Positions 50,311 through 62,049 of a stretch of 64,000 bases of DNA are shown in pieces (positions within the stretch are counted from its first letter, which is position 1; the number at the start of each line of letters is the position of its first letter). The stretch is from Hemiscyllium ocellatum. Lineage: Eukaryota. The stretch spans positions 2,833,232 through 2,897,231 of the forward strand of contig NW_026867618.1 in the NCBI RefSeq assembly GCF_020745735.1, written 5' to 3'. The position numbers were made by a program, and so were the translations under genes. The notes under the pieces were generated by a model. That model did not search any database, was not told the origin of the DNA, and saw only the letters and a program-made list of their open reading frames with translations.

Positions 50311-50559
50311 TGTTGTTCACGTATAAATAAAAAGGGCTCTCAATTCCTTTTAATCTTTGTAACAAACCAATCTAATAATAACCAGGAGAGTTTTATGACC
50401 CCTCTGGAACAAGTCAAAGACAGTATCCTTGAGAAAAGGAACAGCTTTTAGGAAAAAAAAGGAACCAGATTTGTGACACTTCCTTGCTCACATCTTGTAT
50501 ATGAGAACATAATAAGCAAGCCTGGATTGCCACATCTTGCCATTCTGAAGGGTGTAAGT

Positions 50560-51680
50560 CCTGCTAAGATTTGCTTTTGCAAAATGCAGCACCTCGCATT
50601 TATCTGAAACAAACTCCATCTGCCACTTCTCAGCTCACTGGACTATCTGGACAAGATCCTGTTGTAATCAGAGCTAACCCCCTTCGCATTCCACTCCACC
50701 TTCAATTTTCGTTTCATCTGCAAACTTACTAACTGTATATGGACCTCAGTAAGGCGGTCGACAATGTTCTCCATGGGAGACTGGTTAGCTGGATTAGGTC
50801 TGATGAAATACACTGAGAACCAGCCATTTGGACATATGACTGGCTCAAAGGTAGAAGACAGAGGGTGGTGGTGGAGGGTCGTTTTTCAGATTGTGACCTG
50901 TGACCAGTGGAGTTCCACAAGGATCAGTGATGTGTCCCCTACTATTTGTAATTTATATAATGATTTGGATGAGAGTGTAAGAGGTATCGATAGTAAGTTT
51001 GCAGATGACACCAAAATTGGAAGTGTAGTGGACAGCAAAGAAGGTTACCTCAGATTACAACAGGATCTTCATCAGATGGGCCAATTGGCTGAGAAGTGGC
51101 AGATGGAGTTTAATTCAGATAAATGCGTGGTGCTACATTTTGGGAAAACACATCTTAGCAGAACTTATACACCTAATGGTAAAGTTCTAGCGCTGTTGCT
51201 GAACAAAGAGATCTTGGAGTGCAGCTTCATTACTTCTTGAAAATGGAGTTGCAGGTAGATCAAATAGTGAAGAATGTGTCTGGTATGCTTTCCTTTATTG
51301 GTCAGAGTATTGAGCACAGAGATGGATGATCATGTTGTGGCTGTAGAGGACATTGGTTCGACCACTTTTGGAATATTGCGTGCAATTATGGTCTCCTTTC
51401 TATCGGAAAAATGTTGTGAAACTTGAAAGGATTCAAAAAAGATTTACAAAGCTGTTACTGAGGGTGGTACCAGTATGGAAAGAGCTGCCAAAGGAAGTGG
51501 TGGAGGCTAGTATAACTGCAATATTTAAAATGTGTCTGGATGGGTATACGAAGAGGAAGAGTTTGGAGGGATATGCGCTGGGTGCTGGCAGGTGGAACTA
51601 GATTGGGTGGGATATCTGGTCGACATGTACTGGTTAGACGGAATGTTCAGTTTCTGTGCTGTACATCTCTATGACTCTCT
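50560..51680 (+). mobile_element. CR1 3' part preceded by an inverted copy of its RT segment
   Basis: ORF 50764-51240 (KFADDTKIG, KWQMEFN). 50563-50731 is the reverse complement of ~50991-51159. Confidence 0.9.
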
Positions 51681-51714
51681 GACGTCCCCTTCCAGCTGAC
51701 TGTTCCTGAAGCTC

Positions 51715-52250
51715 TCATTCCGTCTCTCTTTCTCTCTTCCCGTCTCTATCGCTTTTCCACCCGTCACCTGTGGCATGGGGCATTGAATAGGGCATCAGTC
51801 AAAAGACATTAACATGAAGTGATAGTGAGTTATCAAGAAGTCTAGTGGCATTCTGTGATTCATTGCAGGTGGATTTGTACATAAATAAGTAACAATGTTC
51901 TGCTCTCTGTCACATTACCCGGGTTCTCTCTTTAAACCTCTCGCTAATCGTAGAGTTTATTACAACACTGGGACAGGACAGGAAAATAAAGTAAATCAAC
52001 ATTGACCTTCGTATGCAAACTTCGAAATGTGAATTGATGACTTTTACAATGTGTCCAATATAATGGACATTGTTCTGAGTAACTCACCTCAAACTTGGCC
52101 CACTGACACTGCACAGAGAATGTTTTACCCAAGGTCCGTCCCTTAATCCACACCCTGACTTTACCCCTTTCAGTTTTCTCCGAGCAGGTAAGCACCGGGT
52201 GTTTGATTCTGGGAGAGGACATTTTGCCTTCCAATCTTCACCTGCAAATC
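51715..52250 (+). pseudogene. Relic duplicate of the deaminase intron and exon-2 start
   Basis: Collinear with ~53118-53645. After the acceptor at 52173 it reads FLRAGKHRVFDSGRGHFAF, versus FRFAAWHQATDYGRKHFAF. Confidence 0.85.
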
Positions 52251-52470
52251 GTACCCATGGGAGCTAACCAGGACTTCTGCTTAATTACTGGGCAAGCACC
52301 ACCTAGGACGATCGACAGACATTTTCTGTTTGCCGACATGTGTGTCCCTGTATATCTTTCATTCTCTTGCCGATAATGTATGAATTGAACAAGTTGTTGT
52401 TTTCATCCTTTTCAGATTTTTTTCTGTGTTTTCCATGCAGTACGGTTAAAGGGTGCTGACAAATCTCAAA

Positions 52471-52568
52471 ATGCGGACACTCTGCCTGTTCCTGTTGGTG
52501 CTGCTCACAATCGCCATGTCAGATGCGGCTGTACTGGATAACCGTGCCTTGGCTCTCATTGTCCATTG
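52471..52568 (+). CDS. Secreted deaminase (SNAD-like), first coding exon: signal peptide
   Basis: aaaATG context. MRTLCLFLLVLLTIAMSDA-AVLDNRALALIVH, then TG|gtaagt, a phase-2 donor in frame with the acceptor at 53566. An upstream acceptor (ttccatgcag, 52440) suggests a 5' UTR exon. Confidence 0.82.
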
Positions 52569-53566
52569 GTAAGTGTCAGTGAAACAGATCTTACCTGACC
52601 ATCTCTGTAAGCTGGGGGCTTTACTAAATCTGAGGTCAAGTCAGAGCCTGGTTGCCTGGAGCAGGCTGGTAATAAATGGAGAGGAATTGGCAGGTATAGG
52701 GAATGCTCTGTAGCTGTAGGAAATAAGTCTAAAACGATTAACCAGGACTCTCATTATTCCCAGAGGAAGGGACTTCCAGGGAAACTATTACCAGATTTCC
52801 CGGGATCATATCTCTAACAGTGAAATCGATAGCACCCGCTGACCCTGAAATAAAGTAGAGAGTGAAATATATCGGAGTGAGCTTTGAAGAGAAAGTCGAA
52901 ATCCCCAACACAGGCAACATTTTACTGTTTGCTGAATCTTCACTCACCTCTCAGTTTCCCTTTGTATCCCTCTGCCTCCTTTGCTATTATTCCCATTTCC
53001 TGTCAGTCTGCAAGTCTTTTGTTCTGTTTGTCTCTGTATGCTCCAAACATTATTCCGGTTAACAATTCTTCCAGGATTCTCCCGACATCCAGCTCCCACT
53101 GATTGCACCTGTAGCTCTCATTCTCTCTCTCTCTTTCTCTCTCCCCGTCTCTATTTATTTCAAACCATCCCGTGTATCATGCGGCATCAAGTAGTGCATC
53201 AGTCAAAGTAACTTAAAATGAAGTTACTGCGTGTTATCAAGAAGGCTTGTGGCATTCTCTGATCCATTGCAGGAGGATTTGTACAAAAATAAGTAACTTA
53301 GTTCTGTTCTCTGTCAATTACCCTGATTCTCTCTTTAAACCTTTCACTGATCCCAGAATTTACTACAACACTAGGATACAAAGTGAATCAACATTGACCT
53401 TGCCATGCAATTACTTGAAAAGTGAATTGCAGGGTTTCATGTTTTCTTTAATATGATGGGCGTTGTTCCAAGTAACTCATCTCAAACTGTGCCTACTGAC
53501 ACTACAAAGAGAATGTTTTACCCAAAGGCTGTTCCTTGACACACACCCTGACTTTATCTCTTTCAG

Positions 53567-54200
53567 TTTCCGCTTTGCAGCTTGGCACCAGGCGACCGAT
53601 TATGGGAGAAAACACTTCGCCTTCCTGTTGGCTTTACCTGCTTCCCAGTGCAGAAAGAATAACAGAGATGTATTCTTGAACTTCAGGGTATTATTGCATT
53701 TTTTCATTACCGACGATGTGAACATTTTCCTTAACTACTCAGGTGGAAAATACCTCGCTGTCTTCCAGAACAGCGTCAGTCGTTGCCCAGAAAGTAAATT
53801 GCTGAACCCCGCCCAGATCAACGGGAACCGCACCGCGGCTCAGCTTTTCCAAACTCTGCTGAATAACAGAACACAGCGCAATAACCAGCCAGTGGGCTGT
53901 ATCATTCTCTACACCACCTACAGCCCATGTCTAGATCACTGTTTCAGTAACAAGGGGAATTTTGAGATCATCCCTGCCTTGCAAAGTTCCCCATTTTGGG
54001 TCATATGGACTGAACCAGACATTCACAAGTATTTTGTTTTCAGTTAAATATTTACCAATGATGCAGATCAGAACCGACACCAGGAAATCCGGGAAAAGCT
54101 GGCTGCAGTGAAGAATACCGAGTTAAATATCAGAAGGTGTGATGGAGAATACCCATTAAGGTGTAGAGAATGTTCCGCACCGGAATACTATCGATCAGAC
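53567..54200 (+). pseudogene. Secreted novel AID/APOBEC-like deaminase (SNAD1-like) catalytic exon with an in-frame TAA at 54045-54047
   Basis: HFAFLLALPASQC, CPESKLL (HxE position), GCIILYTTYSPCLDHC, KYFVFS*IFTND, then IRRC..CREC after the stop. This motif order matches SNAD-family deaminases. Confidence 0.78.
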
Positions 54201-54209
54201 TTAAAATTG

Positions 54210-55200
54210 GCGAGTCCTCTACAGATACAGGCAGGTCATTCCATGCCCTTACTACTCTCTGAATAAAGAATCTATCTCTGATATCTGGCCTATATGTATC
54301 ACCCCTCAGTTTAAACGATGCCCCCTTGTGCTAGCAATTACCATCCAGGGAAAACGGCTCTCACTGTCTGCCCTATCTATTACCCTGATTATCTTGTGTG
54401 CCTCTGTCAAGTCCCCTTTTAACCTTCTTCTCTCTAAGGAAAACAGCATTAAGTCCCTCAGCCTTCTTCATAAGAACTTCCTTCCGTACCACGCAACATC
54501 CTGACAAATATCCTCTACATCATTTCCAAAGCATCCACATCCTTCGTATCATGCAGTGAGCAGAACTGTGTGCAGTACTCCATGTGTGGCCACACCGGAG
54601 TTTTTTTACAGCTGAAACATGACCTCATGGCTCCAAAACTCAATCCCTCTATTAATAAAAGCTAACACACGTATGCCATGTCAACAACCCATCAACCTGG
54701 GCGGAAACTTTCAACGCTCTAACATGGACACTGAGATCGCTCTGCTCATTCACACGACCAAGAATCTTACAATTAACTGAGTACTCTGCATTTCTGTTAC
54801 GCCTTCTAGAGTGGATCACCTCTCACTTTGCCGCATTAACCTCCATTTGTCACCTCTCAGCCCAGCTCTGCAGCCTTCTATTTCTCACTGTAACAGACAT
54901 CATTTGGGCACTATCTGCACCTCCACCAACATTAATGGCCTCCGCAAATGTACTAACCTAGGCTTCTACATTCTCATCCACATCATTTATAAAACTGATC
55001 AGCAGCAGTGGCATCAAAACAGATCCTTGCAGTACACCACTAGTAACTGAACTCCAGGATGCAACAATTCCCATCAACCACCACCCTCTGTCTTCTAACA
55101 GCCAATTAATAATCCAAACTGCTAGATCACCCTCAATTCCATACCTCCGTATTTTCTGTGATAGCCAACTGTGGAGAATCTTATCAAACGCCTTTCTGAA
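54210..55200 (-). mobile_element. CR1 3' part inserted at the 3' end of the deaminase
   Basis: Collinear with the CR1 at 40440-41430. Confidence 0.88.
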
Positions 55201-55369
55201 ATTGAGATGTTTGACAACAATATTTGAAAAGTTTCGGAAAAGATTTTCAAGGATGCTGCCAGGGTTGGAAGGTTTGACCTATGGGGAGAGGCTGAATAGA
55301 CTGTATTCAATGTGATCTAACCTTGCTACACAGTCTATGGCTTAGCAATAGAGGAACCTTGTCGAACAC

Positions 55370-56044
55370 TGTTGTGGAGAAAATATAGAGAACCACCAGA
55401 AGGCGCAGAGAGTTCTTCAAGAAGTCGGCCTTTCATTTGCAAACAAAAACCGTGACACCGAGAAAGCTGATTCTCAAAAGCCCACCGACCTCAGGCTCCG
55501 TGGAGTTTTATTTTTTTAAATCACGTTTCTGTTAGCTTATCAGCATGTCCAACTGCATTAATCAAGTATCTCACTCTGGATACACAATAAACCAGTGCTG
55601 TCAGTTCCCATTATCACCTAAGTTGCACATTCTACTTAATGTTATTCTAATGTCACCGTTAGATATTTATTGGTAACTCTGCTACAGTGATCTTCAATTG
55701 CAGACTAACCTATCATGATAGATATTTAAGTATTCCATCTGTTACAATAGTCCCCTATCTCAAGCTCACTCTAGTAACGATTAATTAGCTATTTTAATGT
55801 CATGTCCCAAATATTTATAGTCCCAATCCTGTCATAATAACATTTAACAGAGAAACTTGCTTTATGACTTGGGTTATCTCATCTTGCCATAACGACCTTT
55901 CAGCCTTAACCTTACTCTGCTAATTGCTGTAAGAATGTTCCACTCTGGTTATCCCATCCTGCCCCTGCCTTCCACAGAATACAGATGCCAGTGGTCTTCC
56001 TGCTTTAACCCTTCTCATGCTTTCATGTTCTTTATTTTCCATAT
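55370..56044 (-). repeat. Putative 3' LTR of an endogenous retrovirus
   Basis: The + strand starts TGTTGTGGAGAAAATA and ends TATTTTCCATA (imperfect terminal inverted repeat). It abuts a polypurine tract AAAGGGGGGAA (minus, 56054-56044) downstream of env. Confidence 0.65.
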
Positions 56045-56384
56045 TCCCCCCTTTGAGACATACTGGTCTCACCCATGGAAAGAAGACGATAAGCTTAGCC
56101 TCTCTTGTGCCCAATACCAGAAATATAGATCCCAACATGGACAAAATAATTTTCAGAGTCTGAAATTTTAGGGGTACTTTCTCCATTCCTGAGTTCCGTT
56201 GGGCCAAAAAACCTCCAATAACCAGAACAGGATAAAAGACCCAAGATCCCTCACAATCTTGGACCCGCACCCCGTTCTTCACAAGTATCATCGACGTCCC
56301 CACGTGGACATATTCATTGCACTGTGGCAGTTGTTAGATCATAACCATCTTACAGTGGGGTTCCACCTGAGGAGTAAAATTTTG

Positions 56385-57900
56385 CCTAGGTATCTGAAAT
56401 GACCACAAGTTGCCGTGCAGTGACGCGAACTAAAAAGAACTTCATGAAAGGTAGAGCACAACAAAAGATGAAGGCAACAACAAGCAAAACTGCACCTACA
56501 GTAAGTCGAATCTTGACAAACCATGCTCCCAAGGACCCTAAAATATTATTCAGCCAATCAAAAACCTGATTACCAAACCCTGCATTGTTTTTATTTTTAT
56601 CTCCCTTCTTAGATTGTTTAGATTTTCCATTGCTTCAGTCAAAGATCCCCCAAGGCTAGTGTTGTTAGTTATAAAGGTACAGCAATATTCCACAAACATC
56701 ACACAAACTTCGCCTTTTTTCTTCTTTTGTCCAATCTAAGGCCTTTCTGTTTTGTCATGTCATTTTAGTGGTGAGCATCCAATTGTTCTCCGAAGGCCAC
56801 AACGGCAAGATCAGTATAATTGGTAAATCTCTGTTTTTTGTAATAAATGCAATTAATCCAGTCAGCATTCTTGCTAATCCCCATCATTGGGATACGAGCT
56901 TCCCTGCCCGCGGCAAACTCATTGCGGGCCTTAAACTCATTAGGATTACCTCTTGGCTATCCGATACTATCAATCTGAATTGTCGGATCAGGGACATACC
57001 GTCGCTTAGTTCGGCGACTGTGACGTAGCGTCAAGCTGCGTGTGGCGATATAACTACCTTGTGTCGGAGCATTGCACTGGCAAAGCTGCCACTCCAGTCA
57101 GTGGGCAGCGTCATGCACAACCCTACTTTCTTACCTCACCCAGTAAGTATCTGTCAGTGGGACACGTTGAGAATATAAAACAGCCCCAAATATGGTGTCC
57201 ACCTCCATTTGAATCGTCCTCCCTCAAAGATCCATAAAGCAGCCTGCTAGTGTGGAGACATTTCACTTAAAGCTTTCAAAACTCAACACTTCCCGTTTCC
57301 TGAAAGCAGCCTCGGGAAACGTGTAATTAGTCTGACTGGTGAACCACGATATATCAACACGACCGTTGGAGTTGCTACCAGCCCACGTCATTCTACTGAC
57401 AGAATGTGGTGGCCTGAAGTAGCAGGCACCAAATGGTGGCAAGGGAATTGCCTGTAAGTTTAAGAATCATTCGGGAAAAGGGGCCGGCTAGAGCGCTGCA
57501 AACACCATTCTGTACAGATGCTCAAGTTTAAGGGTACATGGACAACATAGTATGAGGGGGTTAACTTAGTACACAAGAAGCAGTCCTGTCTAGCCATGAC
57601 TACGACCGTGTATTTTGCCCATTGATACCAGTGATTGTCACGGGCGCGTACCCATGCTTGGGCAGCAAACTAACCCTGGCATTACCAGTCCATGTCTGCA
57701 TTGTTAATGGTCTGCAAGTCTGATTATTCAGGCCTGGCATCAGAGAGGTGGTTATCAGGGGCATACCCCGTGTCGTCCCCATCCATGCTTCCAGGAGGAC
57801 TGTTCTTGACATCTCCATAAGTATCATTTCTGGAATGGTCAGGATTCCAAAGAACTTCACATGTACCTTGTTCAGAACCCTGTGGTGTACTAGCCTCCTG
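56385..57900 (-). pseudogene. env: ERV envelope (gamma-type), disrupted
   Basis: CFLC (CxxC, 57582-57571), furin site RRTKR (~57016-57002), IDSIG*PRGNPNEFKARNE, KNADWINCIYY..QRFTNYT, ISD *QNRKALDW, CVMFVEYCC (CX6CC) and TM VGAVLLVVAFIFCCALPF. Confidence 0.92.
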
Positions 57901-57906
57901 TGTGCC

Positions 57907-59300
57907 CTACCCGTGTACATGTTTTTCAGCCTTAACTCCACTTACCTCAGTGTTCGAGTTAATTTTTGCTGGTGAGAGAGCTTTAGTACAATGATTAAGG
58001 TGGTACCATATGTGTCGTCCTTCCACTTGCATGGCGGTAGATGATGCCTTCATCACGAAGAAAGATCTCTCACTCCTCGACTCATTTATAAATCTTCGAA
58101 AAACCCGCACGTATACCCAATACCCGGGCTTACTAGGTCCTTCCTCGCTGACAGCTGTCAGTTCCCTTTGTATTTCCAGCAGGTGGTTAGTCTCATTTGT
58201 CATAGGTTGCTTCTGCGTACATTGCTTAAGTTCTGAGTTTAACTGCTCCAAGCTAGACCATTTGTATGGGGCTCTCCACCTGGGCACTGGCATAGGTCTA
58301 CCTGTGTGCATCTCAAGCGGTGTGAGCATCTCATGTAGTGTTAGATTGTAAAGCCAGCAGCAGCACATCAATCCAATTAAGGTTGGTGCTTGCGCAGATC
58401 TTGTTTAATTTGGCTGTCAATGTCCCATGAATTCTTTCCACTATACCCTGTGACTGGGGATGATATACGCATCCAAACCCCTGCTTGATTTTCAAAGAAT
58501 GCAGCATCAAATTAACTGCGTTCTGAATCAGCTCATTCTCTGAGCTGTTATCCGACGGTATACCAACCCTTGAGATATCTTCATTCGTCATAAATGTTAC
58601 TACTGTCCCAGCTCCTGCTTTCAACCTTATTTCCACTGTTCCAGTTGATTTCACTCTCCCCCCCATCTGTATCATGTTGCCACTACAAATTGCCTGGTAC
58701 TGTATCCAATTGCTCATTACCATATTGATCATCTTCCTCCACTGTCACTGGCATGCTCCGCTGGATTGTTACCTTGGCTTCCTTTGGATTCCCTGTCAAG
58801 TTGCAGCACACTAGTGTTTTTATATAGCTGCCATCCCTGGGTTCCCAAAGTCCTGTCGTGAGCATATACATTCCCTAATTGTTTCTCCATGCCTGGCCAC
58901 AGTGCCAATATCTTTAGATTGATATCCCTTATTTACCAGTAAGGCTACATGCAGTGCAGAGCCTGGGACACTCTATCAGTTTGGCAATAATGGATTTCTC
59001 TGTATTTGCAGGATCACTTCCTGCTTCCCTAATAACATTGCTTCACTTCTCCCAATTTGTGGAGCACTGTCTTTCTCCTGCCACTGTCTTTCTAACACCT
59101 CATCCTGAGATTCATCAAATATCTCTGTGTCGTCCAGCTCCGACGTAGGTGGTCTTGCTTTGGTCAACATCGTAAACACCTCTGCTTCCCACATCACGCA
59201 ATGTCTTGAATATCACTTGCTGTATCCACTATCCAATAAACATGAACATCTTTAACTTCGGGCATCATTAATTGTACATTGGCCTTTTCTACGACCGAGT
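57907..59300 (-). pseudogene. pol: ERV pol remnant (integrase and upstream fragments)
   Basis: GIPSDN, YHPQSQGIVERIHGTLTAKLNKIC, LTPLEMHTGRPMP and KPGYWVYVR. Many frameshifts and deletions. Confidence 0.88.
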
Positions 59301-59559
59301 CCTGCTATGTGCACTCCAAACTTACTTCTAACTGTCAGCTATGTTTATTTGAACTGTTTGTGAGTATTTATGAGACCATCTCCTTTGCTTCTAATTGAGA
59401 CGGGTTAGTGAATTTGCTGAGTTTGAAGGAACTATAAAAGAGCAGAGGGAAATACTTACCCACAGTAAGGAAGGTAATAAGTAGAAGCATGTCAGCGTAC
59501 TTCACATTCAAATGCTTATATGTGCTGTGTGTTAGTGGTAAGGCTGGTTGGTGGGATGA

Positions 59560-60380
59560 ACAGAGGGGAAGTTTAGGGATGATAAGTAAGTTTGATGATA
59601 CAAATATTCACAGGGTGATTGGCAATGAGGAAGTAAATCTCAGGTTACAGATAGAAACAGACAAATTTGTCAGTTGGGCATGTGAGTGGTAGATGAAATT
59701 TAACTTTGATAAACGTGAGATGATGCTTCTTGCCAGGAGGCACAAGACAAGACAGTACTCAATGAGTGGTGGGATACTTGGAAGCTCAGAGGAAATAAAG
59801 ATCCCTCAGTGTGGCAGAAGTGGTTAATAGTTCACTGAAAAAGATATCTTTACCAGCAGGGATTTCCTGTCGGTGCTCTGGAGGACTTTGGTTCAATCAC
59901 AATTGGAGTTTTGTCTGCAGTTCTAGTCACTGTACGATAAGAAGGATGTGATTGCATTAGACAGGGTGCACAAAGACATTCGTGAAAATGTTGCTGGGAG
60001 AGTAGCAGTTTAGTTGTGAAGACAGATTCTGGATAAGATCGAATTGCGATCTTACGAGTGGAGACAAGAGGATAAGACTATGAGGGGCATCTACTGGGGG
60101 ATCTAAAGCAGTTTTTCCCCTTCTCTGAAGATCCAATAGAATGTGGCCCATTTTCTAGCTGAAAGCTCAAGGTTCAAAGGGAAGATGACACCCAGAGGAC
60201 GATCGCTTGAGTTGGCCATCTTCAAAATCTTTAAAAAGTACTTGAATGACAATCAAGACAAAGGAGTAAGTTTTGAAATGGGACTCGCATAGTTTAAAAT
60301 GTAATTTTCGAGTTACAAACGCGATGGATCGATGAGTCCATCTGTCCCATATGATGTCATCATTCAATGATTTGTAAGTT
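59560..60380 (+). mobile_element. Decayed CR1 RT and 3' fragment
   Basis: MISKFDDTNI..WACEW*MKFN and KKDVIALDRVH. Confidence 0.8.
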
Positions 60381-60404
60381 AAATTTCTGGATTAGTTTAT
60401 ATTT

Positions 60405-60520
60405 TTAGATTAGATTAGACGATTTACGGTGTGGAAACAGGCCCTACGGCCCAACAAGTCCACACCGAGCATCCGAATGGCAACCCACCTAAACTACGGG
60501 CAATTTAGCATGGCCAAGTC
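60405..60520 (-). mobile_element. V-SINE 3' fragment
   Basis: ttagattagattag..gtgtggaaacaggccctacggcccaacaagtccacaccga. Confidence 0.85.
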
Positions 60521-61005
60521 ATCTTCGTTTTGAAGAAATATTAACTCGTGTACGTTCTAGCTATTATGGTGGTTACTACGAACTTCTGGTTCTGATTCAG
60601 AGAATTCATTCACAGATAGATTTTGCCATACGAGTTGCAAAAGTTAATTAAAAGGGATGCAACAATATATTCATGTTGAGTAGAACACCTCTCAACGAAC
60701 TCCACAACGAGAGGCATTGAATGAGCGAATAGCCTTAGCAAGAACAAGCGTACTCAGTGAAAGAAGTGCAAAAAATATATATTTTGGGACTAATTGCGAG
60801 AGAAATAAAGCAAGTCTTGTTGTTTGAAGACCACCTGCACTTCGCATTTGAGACCCAAGAGATCCAATTAATTCAGAAATTGGGCTATTCAAATTGACTT
60901 AGTGAAAAACATCATTAAATTGTACCTGTTGGGATAATTTGGTTGTTGAAAATGATTAAAACGTTGAAAGTGTCATCATAATTTTCCAGTGGATATACCA
61001 CACAA

Positions 61006-61011
61006 TATAAA
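61006..61011 (+). promoter_or_regulatory. Candidate TATA box of GPR139-like gene 2
   Basis: TATAAA 107 nt upstream of the ATG at 61113. Confidence 0.4.
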
Positions 61012-61112
61012 GTAAAGTCTCTGAAACTGTATTACCTCCAATTCGAAATATTTCTCCAATTCCGACAGATTAATAGTTGCAGCAAAGGAGAGTCAGTGCC
61101 AAAAACAATAAA

Positions 61113-61179
61113 ATGCATCTTCCAAGGCAAATGGCCAAAAAAGTTTACTACACCATGATTGCTGTTGTTGGAGCTCCTG
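61113..61179 (+). pseudogene. GPR139-like GPCR gene 2, exon 1
   Basis: MHLPRQMAKKVYYTMIAVVGAP followed by G|gtaatt, a phase-1 donor at the same intron position as in gene 1. Confidence 0.85.
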
Positions 61180-62049
61180 GTAATTCTTGGAACCACTCAT
61201 GTTGTACATATCGCTGTATCTTTCAATTAGAATTATTCGTAATGTGGGTTTCTATTCAAAGAGGAACAAGTAACCCCAGTGTTCAAGTGTTACTGGGAGC
61301 ATCACGCAAAGTAAAATTGTACTGAGTGTGGATTACGAACTGGAAGGGAACAGTTTGCCACAGTGGCTTTGTGTATGTAGGAGTATCTATAAATATAGAA
61401 TTTAACCGTTTGTGATTAACCGAATTCAAGTGAATACCTGACTACGTTCATAACGGGAACTATAATTTGACTGTAAATGTGGAATGCTTCTTTCATAATA
61501 CATTTCTAATTTCTGATGTGTTCACTGATGAAATTATCCTGGTAGATTGTAAATACGATTTCTCTATACTTTTCCTATTCATGTACCTGTCCAAACGTCT
61601 TTTGATTATTACATCTGTACGGGTATTTATTAATTCCTGCGGCAGTTCATTACAAAACTAAACCTTCTGTGTGAAACAGTTGCCCATCAAGAGTCTCTGA
61701 ATCGGTGTTTTACTGATTCCGGGTGGTTTTTTTTTGTGTGAGTGTTTTGTTATGGGTAACTACAGCTAGACAGAGTAAACTGTCAAGCAAAATAAATGCC
61801 TTCTCCCGACCCACCACTCCACCGCCCCCAAAAAGACGTATTGGCTCCCTGGTCGTGTTTTTGAGATTAATTTTCTGCCCATGTGATTCTGTTTGTCTTT
61901 TGAAAGTGCAAGTTGTTTCACTTGAGAGAAGCTACTGTAGTGGTTCTCATGACATTGTACAGAACAAAAAGAAACCTGAGTTCTAAAATTCAACATTAAT
62001 CTAGAAAATTCAATTAATCATTTCAAATCTATTTTCTTTCATCTTACAG

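Noticed and set aside
52471-59300. Functional link between the deaminase and the adjacent ERV (hypermutation)
   Set aside because: Only one probable TGG>TGA change was noted in env. Damage is mostly indels and mixed substitutions, the enzyme is predicted to be secreted, and adjacency alone is not evidence.
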